A stretch of 64,000 bases of DNA from an uncultured Kiritimatiellota bacterium. Its GTDB lineage: Bacteria; Verrucomicrobiota; Kiritimatiellia; RFP12; UBA1067. A program made the translations under genes and the position numbers. How positions within the stretch are numbered: the stretch's first letter is position 1; every line of letters starts with the position of its first letter. The stretch is from the NCBI GenBank assembly GCA_934643865.1, contig CAKUCX010000014.1:2538-66537 (forward strand). Direction: 5' to 3'. Below the pieces are notes generated by a model. That model searched no databases. It was not told the origin of the DNA and worked only from the letters and a program-made list of their open reading frames with translations. This document shows, in pieces, positions 24,693-34,800 of the stretch.

Positions 24693-25352
24693 CAATTCCG
24701 GGCGACCCTGCGGACAATGGCGCGCGAGGGGGCAGCCGCCGCAGCGCGGGCCGCGCGGCGCGCAGCGGGTCTGGCCGAACGAGACGAGATGCGAGTTCCA
24801 CGTCTTCCAGTACTTCACCGGCAGGATCCGCCGCAGGGCCATCTCCGTCTCGAACGGCGTCTTCGTCCGGACGAGCCCGAGGCGGTTCGAGATGCGGTGG
24901 ACGTGGACGTCGACGCAGATCGCGGGCAGGCCGAAGCCCACCGCCACCGTGAGGTTCGCGGTCTTGCGCCCCACGCCCGGCAGCTCGCACAGCTCCTCGA
25001 CCGTCTGCGGCAGCACGCCGCCGAACTTCTCCCGCAGCACGCCCGGAAGCGCCTTGAGATGGCGGGCCTTGGCGCGGAAGAAGCCGACGGGGAAGATGAG
25101 TTTCTCGATCTCCGCCTGCGTGAGGCGGTCGAGGTCCGCCGGGGTGAACACGTCCCCCGCACCCGCCGCGAAGAGCCGCCGCACGGCCCCCGCCGTGCAT
25201 TGGTCCTTCGTGCGCGCCGAGAGGATCGTCCCCACGAGGACGCAGAACGGGTCGTGCGTCTGCGCCTCGACGAGTTCGATGATGGGCGAGCGGTGGGCCT
25301 GGAACGCCCGCTTCAGAAGGCGGTCAACCGCCGGAATGTCCCGGGCCGTCAT
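24690..25352 (-). CDS. nth: Endonuclease III
   Basis: HhH-GPD region is LPGVGRKTANLTVAVGF. The C-terminal FeS cysteine ladder is CAPRGPRCGGCPLARHC. The ATG at 25352 is taken as the start. A GTG at 25364 would overlap the upstream stop as GTGA. Confidence 0.9.
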   Translation of the reverse strand: MTARDIPAVDRLLKRAFQAHRSPIIELVEAQTHDPFCVLVGTILSARTKDQCTAGAVRRLFAAGAGDVFTPADLDRLTQAEIEKLIFPVGFFRAKARHLKALPGVLREKFGGVLPQTVEELCELPGVGRKTANLTVAVGFGLPAICVDVHVHRISNRLGLVRTKTPFETEMALRRILPVKYWKTWNSHLVSFGQTRCAPRGPRCGGCPLARHCPQGRPEL

Positions 25353-25360
25353 CGCCGTTC

Positions 25361-27868
25361 TCACCGAAGCGACACGGGGCCGTAGAGCCCGCAGGGGTCA
25401 AGCGCGTCGTTCGCGGAATAGCCCGCCGTGATCTGCGGGAAGCCCCACGCGCCGCGCGCGTCGTTGTGCGGCCCCGCCTTGTACGCGAGGCAGCTCTTCG
25501 TGACGCGCCGCTCGGGCGGCACGAGGCAGTCGCCGATGAGACGGTTGCGCCACGTGTTCGTGACGCGCACCTCCAGCTCGTTCGCGCCGGTCCTGAGCGC
25601 CGCCGCCGGCACCTTCGCGTACCACGGCGCGCACCAGACGACGCCGCACGCGACGCCGTTCACGAAGACCTCCGCGACGCCCCCCTCCACGTGGCCGAGC
25701 ATGAGGAGGCGGTCGCCCGTCACGGCGTCGAGCGAAAACGCCGTGCGGTAATGCGCCGTGCCCGAGAAGTGGCGGATCTCGGCGTCGTCGCTCTTCGTCC
25801 AGTCGCCGAGGCGCGGGAACGGACGCCCGCCGACGTCGATCGACCAGGGGCCGTCGAGCGCGCGTCCGCCCGTGAGCGGCACATGCCGCATGACGGGCGG
25901 CGTCTCCGGCCGCCCCCGGGCCGGAAGGTCCGACGTCGGGCGGAAGACGACGAAGATCGACCCGTCGCGCGCGAAGGCGAGCGGCACCTTCGTGCGCCCG
26001 TCGGCCGTCGCCGCCGCCTCCGTTGCCCGGCGGCGGTTGCCCGTGACGGGGTCCCAGAGCTCGCACACCTTGCCCGCGACGCGGAACGTCACGCTGCCGC
26101 GCCCCGTGCCGGAGGTCGTCACGAAGTAGATGTCCGTCCCGTCCGCCGTGCGGCGGTGGACGACGTCGTTGAAGTCGCCCTCGAAGTCGGGCGGCGGCAG
26201 CGGAGGCCACGCCGCGCCCGGCGCGGTCGCGTCGACGAAGGCCGCGTAGCGGCCCTTCAGGCCGAGCGTCTCGTCGTTCAGGATGTCGTAGTTGTAGCCG
26301 CGCGGGATCACCACGCGCGCCCCGTCCCACGGCACGTCGCGGTAGCGCCCCCAGTGGCGGTAGGGGGTGCTACCCGCGTACACGGCGAGGTCGACGACGG
26401 GCTTGCCCGCCTGCAGAAGCGTCTGGCACCGCGCGAGGTAGGCGATGAAGGCGTGCGCCGCGTGGTGCCACGTCACGTTGCGGTTGATGTGCGTCCCGGC
26501 GAAGTATTCGATGCCGGGCCGCCCGAACGCGGCGGGCGAGCAGGTGAACGTGTGCCACACGAAGTGGTTGATGCCGTCGACGAAGGCGTCGTCCGCACTC
26601 CGCTTGAGGCGGCTCGGCAGCATGTTCCAGTGGTAATCCATCGTCGTGAACGCCTCGGCCGACGCGCGCGGGAGGCCGTAGATGCGCGCGGCGTTCGCGG
26701 CGGCGACGTTGTGGGCGTGCCCCGCGTGGTGGGCGGGGGCGACGGGCCAGAACTCGCCTTGCGGCATGTCGTTGACGCCCAGGAACGCGAGCTGGTCCGC
26801 CTCGCGGAAGACGCTCGGGCTGCGGTTCCACGGGCCGCCGCTTTCCGAGTAGAGTTTGAGCCCGCGCGCGTGGGCAAGCCGCCGCACCGTCCCGTAGAAG
26901 TTCTCCCGGAAGAGGTCGTTGCGCACGCGGCGGAAGTCGCGCAGCAGCGCGTCCGCGCGCGCCGTCTCGGAGGGGGGGACGAAGCCCGCGAGAAGCGGCA
27001 GCTGCGGACGCAGCGCGTAGCCCGCGCGTGCGGCGAACGCGGCCTCCAGGGCGGGCGTCCACGTGGGGACCGCCCCTTCCCAGCTCACCGAGTAGACGTG
27101 CGTGAACGTCGTCCCCACGAGGGGACCGAGCGCCGCGCAGAGCGGGTCGAGGATGCGCGTCACGTGGCGCGCGACGGCGTCGGCGTCGATGACGTCCACG
27201 TCGAAGGGGCGCTTCGGGATCGCGCAATAGCCGAAGCGCAGGCGCACGGCGCGCCCGCCCGGCGTCCCCGCCGGGCACGTCGCGACGCGCGCCTCGCCGC
27301 GATCGCGCGCCCAGCGGTCCGTCACGCCGCCCGCGTCCCGCCAGCCCGCCTTCAGGGCCGTCCCCGCCGGCACGGTCACGGTGAGCGTGCAGATGTCGTG
27401 GTAGTTCTCGTAGTCGGCGGGGACGGCATCGACGTCGACACCGCACACGAGCCGCTTCGGCCCGTCCGGGCCCGTCTTCCACGGCCCCTTCAGCGACCCG
27501 CCGCAGTCGGAGAGGTTCATCGTAAAGGAAAGGCCGAGCCGCGCGCATTCGCGCACCGCGAAGGCGACCATCTCGTACCATGCGGGGCTCGCGAACGCAA
27601 GTTTCACCTCGGGCTTCCAGACGCGTGTGTCGTAGCCGCGCGGGTCGAGCAGCAGAAGGCCGCCGAAGCCCATCCTCTTCATGGCCTCCAGGTCGGCCGT
27701 CGCCGTCGCGCGGTCGACGTTGCCGTTCACCCAGTACCAGTAGCACCAGGGCCTTGCCGCGTCGGGCGGCGCCACGAAGTCTTCGTAGAGCCCGGCCTGC
27801 GCCGCCGAGGCCCACAGGCCCAGCGCCGCGACGCATCCGGCCCGCAGCGTCCGTCCCAGAACGCTCAC
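25361..27868 (-). CDS. Secreted glycoside hydrolase, GH106-like (alpha-L-rhamnosidase-type) candidate
   Basis: The GTG start at 27868 gives (M)SVLGRTLRAGCVAALGLWASAAQA as signal. The N-terminal motif ARPWCYWYWVNGNVDRATATADLEAMKRMGFGG matches my memory of the Glyco_hydro_106 entry motif. The C-terminal part has TNTWRNRLIGD. The family call is not verified by search. Confidence 0.7.
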   Translation of the reverse strand: MSVLGRTLRAGCVAALGLWASAAQAGLYEDFVAPPDAARPWCYWYWVNGNVDRATATADLEAMKRMGFGGLLLLDPRGYDTRVWKPEVKLAFASPAWYEMVAFAVRECARLGLSFTMNLSDCGGSLKGPWKTGPDGPKRLVCGVDVDAVPADYENYHDICTLTVTVPAGTALKAGWRDAGGVTDRWARDRGEARVATCPAGTPGGRAVRLRFGYCAIPKRPFDVDVIDADAVARHVTRILDPLCAALGPLVGTTFTHVYSVSWEGAVPTWTPALEAAFAARAGYALRPQLPLLAGFVPPSETARADALLRDFRRVRNDLFRENFYGTVRRLAHARGLKLYSESGGPWNRSPSVFREADQLAFLGVNDMPQGEFWPVAPAHHAGHAHNVAAANAARIYGLPRASAEAFTTMDYHWNMLPSRLKRSADDAFVDGINHFVWHTFTCSPAAFGRPGIEYFAGTHINRNVTWHHAAHAFIAYLARCQTLLQAGKPVVDLAVYAGSTPYRHWGRYRDVPWDGARVVIPRGYNYDILNDETLGLKGRYAAFVDATAPGAAWPPLPPPDFEGDFNDVVHRRTADGTDIYFVTTSGTGRGSVTFRVAGKVCELWDPVTGNRRRATEAAATADGRTKVPLAFARDGSIFVVFRPTSDLPARGRPETPPVMRHVPLTGGRALDGPWSIDVGGRPFPRLGDWTKSDDAEIRHFSGTAHYRTAFSLDAVTGDRLLMLGHVEGGVAEVFVNGVACGVVWCAPWYAKVPAAALRTGANELEVRVTNTWRNRLIGDCLVPPERRVTKSCLAYKAGPHNDARGAWGFPQITAGYSANDALDPCGLYGPVSLR

Positions 27869-28194
27869 CGCCGCGCCCCTTCCCCTTGCGGCACCGCGCC
27901 GTTCGCCGCGCGCGCCTTGCGCGCGTAGTGGAGGTAGAGCGCAAGGTCGGTCGAGACGAGCGCCATGTCGACGAGGTAGACGAAGCAAAGCCAGTCGTTG
28001 CCGGGATTTGCGTCGAGGAGCCGCGCGAGGATGCCCCCCACATAGCCGAGAAGGACGATGGTCATGAACATCGGGCTCTTGCCCGCCACGCCCTTCCCGC
28101 TGTGGCCGGACTTGTAGGTGCGCGCAATCGCGAACGGCCACGAGAAGCCGAAGGCGAAGAGCATGAAGAATTCGCAGAATTGGGAGATGTCCAT
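27865..28194 (-). CDS. Small 3-TM membrane protein, possibly PQ-loop/SemiSWEET-like
   Basis: The 109-aa protein MDISQFCEFFMLFAFGFSWPFAIARTYKSGHSGKGVAGKSPMFMTIVLLGYVGGILARLL... has three hydrophobic segments. Its TGA stop overlaps the GTG start of the downstream hydrolase (GTGA). Confidence 0.6.
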   Translation of the reverse strand: MDISQFCEFFMLFAFGFSWPFAIARTYKSGHSGKGVAGKSPMFMTIVLLGYVGGILARLLDANPGNDWLCFVYLVDMALVSTDLALYLHYARKARAANGAVPQGEGARR

Positions 28195-28203
28195 GTCGAA
28201 GAA

Positions 28204-28274
28204 GGTTTTAGGTTCTAGGTTTTAGGTTTTAGGTTTTAGGGGAGAGGGGGAGAGGGGAAAATGGGGGGGGGGGG
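28204..28274. repeat. Heptamer microsatellite (GGTTTTA)x5, G-quadruplex-type G-run block and a G12 homopolymer
   Basis: GGTTTTA/GGTTCTA units occupy 28204..28238. GGGGAGAGGGGGAGAGGGGAAAATGGGGGGGGGGGG occupies 28239..28274. The block lies between the sdhB stop (28280) and the start of 27865..28194. Confidence 0.9.
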
Positions 28275-28279
28275 AAGAG

Positions 28280-29032
28280 TTAGGGGGTTTCGGAAAGGAC
28301 GGTCGCCTTGAGGTAGGCGCGGTTCAGGCGCGCGATGTTGTCGAGGCCGACATTCTTGGGGCAGACAGCGGCGCATTCGCCGACGTTCGTGCAGGCGCCG
28401 AAGCCCTCCTTGTCCATCTGCGCCACGAGCGCGCGGACACGGCGGGACGCCTCCACCTTCCCCTGCGGGAGGGAACCGAGGTGCGCGATCTTCGCGGAGG
28501 TGAAGAGCATCGCCGAGGCGTTCGGGCACGCCGCCACGCACGCGCCGCAGCCGATGCACGCGGCCGCCGCGAACGCACGGTCCGCATCCTCTTTCGCGAC
28601 GGGTACGGACGCCGCCTCGGGGGCGGATCCCGTGTTGACGCTCACGTAGCCGCCCGCCTGAATGATGCGGTCGAGGGCGGAGCGGTCGATCACGCAGTCC
28701 TTCACGATCGGAAACGCCGCCGAGCGGAACGGCTCCACGGTGATCGTCTCGCCATCGGTGAACATCCGCATGTGCAGCTGGCACGTCGTGCAGCCGTAGT
28801 CGGTGCCGTGGGGCTGCCCGTTCACGACGAGCGAGCAGGTGCCGCAGATGCCCTCGCGGCAGTCGTTGTCGAACGCGAACGGCTCCTCGCCCCGCAGGAC
28901 GCGCCGCTCGTTGACGACGTCGAGCAGGTCGAGGAAGGACATGTCGGGCGAGATGCCCTCCACGTCCACGCTCTCGAAATGTCCCTTGGACTGCGCGTCC
29001 TTCTGACGCCACATCTTCACGGTGAACTTCAT
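28280..29032 (-). CDS. sdhB: Succinate dehydrogenase/fumarate reductase iron-sulfur subunit
   Basis: The start is [12 protein letters not shown] (ATG at 29032). Cluster motifs are [21 protein letters not shown] and [12 protein letters not shown]. Confidence 0.93.
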   Translation of the reverse strand: MKFTVKMWRQKDAQSKGHFESVDVEGISPDMSFLDLLDVVNERRVLRGEEPFAFDNDCREGICGTCSLVVNGQPHGTDYGCTTCQLHMRMFTDGETITVEPFRSAAFPIVKDCVIDRSALDRIIQAGGYVSVNTGSAPEAASVPVAKEDADRAFAAAACIGCGACVAACPNASAMLFTSAKIAHLGSLPQGKVEASRRVRALVAQMDKEGFGACTNVGECAAVCPKNVGLDNIARLNRAYLKATVLSETP

Positions 29033-29040
29033 GGCGTTCC

Positions 29041-30954
29041 TCACTTGTAGCTGCGCGTTGCGAGCGCGATGTTCTCGAACGAGAGCGGTTCCTTCGAGAG
29101 TTCCGGCGCCGCACCGTCGCCCCGGTATTCCCACGCGCCGACGTAGCAGAAATGCGCGTCGTCGCGCTGCGCCTCCCCCTCGGCCGTCTGGCTCTCCTCG
29201 CGGAAGTGCCCGCCGCAGGACTCCGCGCGGTGGAGCGCGTCGCGCGCGAGCAGCTCCGCGAACTCCAGGTAGTCGGCAACGCGCCCCGCCTGTTCGAGGC
29301 ACTGGTTGAAGTCGCCCGCCGCGCCCGCCACGGTCACGTCGCGCCAGAACGCCTCGCGGATCTCGGGGATCTTCGCGAGCGCCTTTTCGAGTCCGGCCTT
29401 GTTGCGGGCCATGCCGACGTGTTCCCAGAGGAGGTTGCCCAGCTCGCGGTGGAAGTCGCCCGCCGTGCGGTGGCCCTTCACGGACATGAGGCGGCGGATC
29501 TTCTCCGCGCAGAGCCGTTCGCTCTCGGCGAAGGCCGCCTCCCCGCCCGTCACCTTCCCGAGCGGCGTCGCGGCGAAGTAGCCGCCGAGCGTGTAGGGGA
29601 TCACGAAATAACCGTCCGAAAGCCCCTGCATGAGCGCGGAGGCGCCGAGGCGGTTCGCGCCGTGATCGGAGAAGTTCGCCTCGCCGAGGACGAAGCAGCC
29701 GGGGATCGTCGACATGAGCGCGTAGTCCACCCAGAGCCCGCCCATCGTGTAGTGGATCGCGGGGAAGATGCGCATGGGCGTCCGGTAGGGATCCTCGCCC
29801 GTGATCTTCTCGTACATCTGGAAGAGGTTGCCGTACTTCGCGCTCACGCCCGCCACGCCGAGGCGGCGCACGGCGTCCTCGAAGTCGAGGTACACCGCAA
29901 GGCCCGTGTCGCCCACGCCGAGCCCCTGGTCGCAGACCTGCTTCGCGTTGCGGCTCGCCACGTCGCGCGGCACGAGGTTGCCGAAACTCGGATAGCGCTC
30001 CTCCAGGTAGTAGTAGCGCTCGGCGGCGGGAATCTCGGCCGGCGCGCGGCGGTCGCCCTTCTTCCGGGGCACCCAGATGCGCCCGTCGTTCCGCAGCGAC
30101 TCGCTCATGAGCGTGAGCTTCGACTGCAGGTCCCCGTGGCGCGGGATGCACGTGGGGTGGATCTGCGTGAAGCAGGGGTTCGCGAAGAGCGCGCCGCGCT
30201 TGTAGGCGCGGAAGGCGGCCGAGACGTTCGACCCGCGCGCGTTCGTGGAAAGGTAGTAGACGTTGCCGTAGCCGCCCGTCGCGAGGCAGACGGCATCGCC
30301 CGCGTGGCGCTCCAGCGCACCCGTCACGAGGTTGCGCGCCACGATGCCGCGCGCGCGGCCCCCCACGACCACGAGGTCCATCATCTCGCGGCGCGCGAAC
30401 ACCGTCACGCGCCCGGCGGCCACCTGGCGGGACATCGCCTGGTACGCCCCGAGGAGAAGCTGCTGCCCCGTCTGCCCGCGCGCGTAGAACGTGCGCGACA
30501 CCTGCGCACCGCCGAAGGAGCGGTTGTCCAGCTGACCGCCGTACTCGCGCCCGAACGGAACCCCCTGCGCCACGCAGTGGTCGATGATCGCGTTCGACAC
30601 CTCCGCGAGGCGGTAGACGTTCGCCTCGCGCGCGCGGAAGTCGCCGCCCTTCACCGTGTCCTTGAAGAGCCGCCACACCGAGTCGCCGTCGTTCCGGTAG
30701 TTCTTCGCCGCGTTGATGCCGCCCTGCGCGGCGATGGAGTGCGCGCGGCGCGGACTGTCCTGGATGCAGAACACCTTCACGTTGTAGCCGAGCTCGGCGA
30801 GCGTCGCCGCCGCCGAGGCCCCCGCGAGGCCCGTGCCGACCACGAGGACGGTGAACGTCCGGCGGTTCGCCGGGTTGACGAGCCCCACGTCGCGCCGGTA
30901 GCGCGTCCACTTCCCCTCGATGGGACCGCCCGGGATCTTCGCATCCAGCGTCAT
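29041..30954 (-). CDS. sdhA: Succinate dehydrogenase/fumarate reductase flavoprotein subunit (type B, Bacillus/Bacteroides-like)
   Basis: FAD fingerprint is [14 protein letters not shown], with [12 protein letters not shown] also present. The 637-aa length fits type B. Its ATG overlaps the sdhC stop as ATGA. Confidence 0.95.
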   Translation of the reverse strand: MTLDAKIPGGPIEGKWTRYRRDVGLVNPANRRTFTVLVVGTGLAGASAAATLAELGYNVKVFCIQDSPRRAHSIAAQGGINAAKNYRNDGDSVWRLFKDTVKGGDFRAREANVYRLAEVSNAIIDHCVAQGVPFGREYGGQLDNRSFGGAQVSRTFYARGQTGQQLLLGAYQAMSRQVAAGRVTVFARREMMDLVVVGGRARGIVARNLVTGALERHAGDAVCLATGGYGNVYYLSTNARGSNVSAAFRAYKRGALFANPCFTQIHPTCIPRHGDLQSKLTLMSESLRNDGRIWVPRKKGDRRAPAEIPAAERYYYLEERYPSFGNLVPRDVASRNAKQVCDQGLGVGDTGLAVYLDFEDAVRRLGVAGVSAKYGNLFQMYEKITGEDPYRTPMRIFPAIHYTMGGLWVDYALMSTIPGCFVLGEANFSDHGANRLGASALMQGLSDGYFVIPYTLGGYFAATPLGKVTGGEAAFAESERLCAEKIRRLMSVKGHRTAGDFHRELGNLLWEHVGMARNKAGLEKALAKIPEIREAFWRDVTVAGAAGDFNQCLEQAGRVADYLEFAELLARDALHRAESCGGHFREESQTAEGEAQRDDAHFCYVGAWEYRGDGAAPELSKEPLSFENIALATRSYK

Positions 30955-31787
30955 TTCCGCCCTCCTTCCGCCTGCGCCGCCACCTGGGCCTCAAGCGCGG
31001 GCTGCGCCGCGCGCGCCTTCTCGATCTGCGCCTGGGTCACGGGACGGTGCGCCAGCGCGCACGTGCCCGCCGCCGTCACGATGAATCCGCCGAGAATCGC
31101 CCCCGCCACGCACACGCCCGCCGCGTTGAGGAGCGGCGTCCAGCGCGGATGGACGAGCCCGAACGTGCGGAAGAGGGAGGGGAGCGCGTGGACGAGATGC
31201 GCCCCCGCCACGAGGAGCGCCGCCACGTAGAGGGCCGTCCACACCGGGTTCGCGAACGTCTCGACCGTCGTGAGCCACATGTCCCGCACGATCTCGTCCG
31301 CCGCGTTCCGGTAGAGGTACCAGCGACCGAACTTGAAGAGGGCCAGATGCTGCACGAGGAAAACGAGGATGACCGCCCCCGAGGCGAACATCGTGTACGC
31401 CGCCCCCGTCGCCTGCCCGGCATGGGAGACGACCGCGTAGCGCGCCGCCCCCCGCGCCCGCCGGTTGCCGAGCTTCAGGACGAGCGCAAGCGCCACATGG
31501 ACGAACAGGATCGCGGCGAGCCCCGCCTCGACGAACCAGATGAGCGGCTTGAGGCCGGTGAGGAACTGGCAGTAGGCGTTGTAGGCCGCCTGCGCCGCCG
31601 CCGGATCGGGGTTCAGAAGCGAAAGGTTGCCGGCCATGTGCCCCGCGAGGAACGCCACGAGCAACGCCCCCGCCACGCCGAGAACCTGTTTCCGCCCAAT
31701 GGACGACGCGAGATAGGTTCCCACCCACCGCACCGTCCGCGACCAACCGCCCGCCTCTCCGCGCCCCGCCTCTCCGCTCACCGTCAC
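30951..31787 (-). CDS. sdhC: Succinate dehydrogenase/fumarate reductase cytochrome b subunit (b558 family)
   Basis: The protein is multi-TM with an [28 protein letters not shown] heme-ligand region. The GTG start at 31787 is preceded by a GAGAGGAAG SD. The exact start is uncertain. Confidence 0.8.
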   Translation of the reverse strand: MTVSGEAGRGEAGGWSRTVRWVGTYLASSIGRKQVLGVAGALLVAFLAGHMAGNLSLLNPDPAAAQAAYNAYCQFLTGLKPLIWFVEAGLAAILFVHVALALVLKLGNRRARGAARYAVVSHAGQATGAAYTMFASGAVILVFLVQHLALFKFGRWYLYRNAADEIVRDMWLTTVETFANPVWTALYVAALLVAGAHLVHALPSLFRTFGLVHPRWTPLLNAAGVCVAGAILGGFIVTAAGTCALAHRPVTQAQIEKARAAQPALEAQVAAQAEGGRK

Positions 31788-31827
31788 GTTCTTCCTCTCA
31801 AATTCGCGTCAATTCAAAATCCCGCGT

Positions 31828-31856
31828 AGTATACCGCTTTTCCCCGCGTCCGTCCA
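31828..31856 (-). promoter_or_regulatory. Promoter TGGACG-N17-(CGG)TATACT for sdhCAB
   Basis: The minus strand reads TGGACGgacgcggggaaaagcggTATACT, with a 40-nt leader to the GTG at 31787. Confidence 0.45.
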
Positions 31857-31866
31857 GCGCGCGCGT

Positions 31867-34800
31867 TCACTGCACAAGGACGTTCTCGGCGGCGGAGACG
31901 TTGAGCTTGCCGGCGCGGTCGGGGTTGTCCTTCGCGCGCGGGCCGAGTTCGACCACGTTGTTGCGCCAGACGACGTTGCGTCCGCAGGGGAGGTCCAGCA
32001 CGTACCCGCCCGGATTCACGAACCGGCACCCTTCGACGAGGAGCCCGCCGGCGACGAAGCCCTTGTCCACCTCGCCCACGTCCCAGTCCGTCGGCGTCAC
32101 GCACACGGCCGAGATGCAGGGATCCTTCGGGTTGGAGACGCACGTGTCCTCGAAGAGGCAGTTGCGCACGACGAGGTTCGTCGCGCCCATGCCCTCGCAC
32201 CAGAGGTCGCTGCGGTAGTCGGCGATGAAGCGCACGGGCACGCTGGCGGTCCGGCGGAAGATGCAGCCGTCGAGCGTGAGGTCGGAGGGCGAGAAGATGT
32301 TGCGCCAGCCGCCGTCCTCGAACACGCAGTCCTTCATCGTCACGCGGTCCGTCCCGTAGGCGCGGTCCCACACGAGGAAGCACGGCCCCTTCTGCGGGGG
32401 GATGTCGCGGTCGAGGTGGAGGCGGTTCCCGGCGACCCGGAGGAGCTTCGCGCGGAAGCCCGCCTCGCCGACCGGCGCGAAGTTCGGGAAGCGCAGCTCC
32501 AGGGTCGTCCCCGGCGCGGCGCGGAAGTAGTCGGCCCCGCGCCGGTTCACGATGTCGAGCACGCGGTCTGCCGCCCGCACGGCGATCGTGAAGCGGTCGT
32601 GGAAGTTCGACGTGTCGTCGTTGTTGAGCGACCAGCGGCAGTTGACGTACAGGCAGTCGCCCTTCGAGCGCGCGACGTGGTGGCCGTCCGAGACGGACGA
32701 GACGGGCCGGCTGAAGAAGCGCGCGCCGGGGTACGCCGCCCGGAACGCCGCCTCCGTCGGCGGCTCGACGCGGAAGTTCTCCACGCGCCAGTGGTGCTGC
32801 GCCCCGTCCACCACCATCCCCATGCCGAAGCAGCTCCACACGGCGACGTCCCGCACCGTGAGGTGCGCGTTGGCGTCGAGGTTGAGGCCGTTCTTCCCGT
32901 AGTAGCAGTGCTGGAGGCGGTAGAGGCCGTTCGTCTCGAACAGGCGCACGCGCGCGAGGTTCCCCTTCGCCGAGAAGCGGAAGCCCGTCGCGGGGTTCTG
33001 GTTGCGCCCCTCCATCGGGATGCCGGGCCAGAGGCGCAGGACGTTCGGCTTCACCCATGCGTTCTTCGCGCCGAAGTGCCCCTCGGTCTGGCCGAACGAG
33101 AGCCCCATCCCCCTGCGGAAGCGCGTGCGGCTTTCGTCCATCGCCGTGATCTTCTGGACGGGGACCGGCTCGGGGTACTTGGGGTGGCGTTCGTAGTCCA
33201 CGAACGCGAGGTCGACGAAGGCGCGTTCGGGCCGCGCGGCGTCCTCGTGGCGGCCGACGACGCGCACGAAGGCGGCGAGCGGATCCGCCTCCCAGTCCCA
33301 GTCCATCGTGAAGTTCCCCACCTCGGTCCTCGTGCAGCGCTGCACGAGGACGTTCCCCTTGTCGAGGATGAGTTCGCTCTGCGGCTGGCAGCGGTACTCG
33401 GCCGGGCGGCGGAAGACGAGGACGGCGCCCTTCCCGTCGAACGTGAAGTCCGTGAAATCGCGGATCACGATTCCCGGCTCGTCGAAGCAGCGGTAGGTGC
33501 CCGGCGCGAGTTCCAGACGGCTCGCCTTCACGCGGCGGCACGCCGCCAGCGCGCGGGCGATCGCCGCCGCGTTCGTGGTCGAGGCCGTGGACAGGCCGAA
33601 GTCCACCGCCTTCAGCGTCCGCCCGCCCGTGGCGCGCGGCCGCTCCACCACGACCTCCGGGCATCCCGTCGCGACGGGGACGGCGGCGGGGAGGCCGGAC
33701 GGCAGCAGCGTCTTCCGGTCTGGCCGGCCCGGCTCGGACACGAGCCGGAACGCCTCGGCCGTCTTCACCCAGCCGAAGTCGACGGGGGCGGACGGCGGGA
33801 AGAGGCGTTCCCAGAGGTTCGTGTCGGGGCACGCATACGGCGCGTAGGACCCGTCTGCGGCAAAGGTCCCCTGGCGGTAGCGGTTGTAGAACGCCGACGT
33901 GCCGAGGAGCCGGAGGCGCGCGTCGGCGTCCGCCGCGTCCGCCCCGGCGGGCGAGACGGCGACGTGCAGGACGCGCGGCCCCTTCACGCCCGGCGGACAG
34001 GCGAACGCCGTCTCCAGCGGCGCCGCGAGCGTCGTCTCGACGCGCTTCACGAGGATGGCCGCCTCCTTCGGACTGTACTCGCGGAAGAGCGGGTCCAGGA
34101 GCCAGTAGGTGACCGCGAAGCGGTTCGTCGGCAGCGTCTGCCCGGCGAGAAGCCTCCACGTCGTCGTCACGCGCCCGTCCCCGTGGTACGCCGTCTCGGG
34201 CGCGACGGGCAGGCGGTTGCGGGCCGTGTCGTCGCCGCGCGGGTTGACGTAGCGCACGACCTTCTTCCCCTCGGGATAGGCGGACTCCTCGACGACGCGC
34301 CCGCCCCGGCGGCGGATGGCCGCGTAACGCCCCGTCCGCGCGTTGAACGCCACGAAGCCGTACTGCGCGAGCGGCACCGCGCCCAGGGCCTCGTCCCCCG
34401 TCTCGCACGCCCAGTCGGCGACGCCCCGGTTCACGAAGACCTCCATGCCCGTCGACCACGAGACGTGCAGACGGCGCGGATCGCCGCCCGCGAACGAAAC
34501 GCGCGAGACGGTGGCCGTGCCGAGTTCGCGCGCGATATGCTGCGCCAGCCAGTACTTCCGCACGACCTGGCGGAGGCAGCGGTCCACGTCGAGCGGTTCG
34601 AGGAGGCCGGCCTCGGCCTTGTAGGCGTCGCGGTTGTAGCAGTCCGCCATGAGGGCGTGTCCGTTCAGGATCTCGCAGGAGAGGTAGTCGTCCGAATCGA
34701 TGCCGTGGCAGTCCGCCCCGCGCGCGCCCTCGAAGCGGGCGCTGTACCCGACGCCGTGGAGGGCCATGCGGTCGTGGTAGACGAGCGGGAACCAGGGCGT

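Noticed and set aside
28204-28238. Telomere-like GGTTTTA heptamer repeats
   Set aside because: There are only five units, internal to a chromosome segment between two ordinary genes. It is treated as a microsatellite in a promoter region, not a replicon end.
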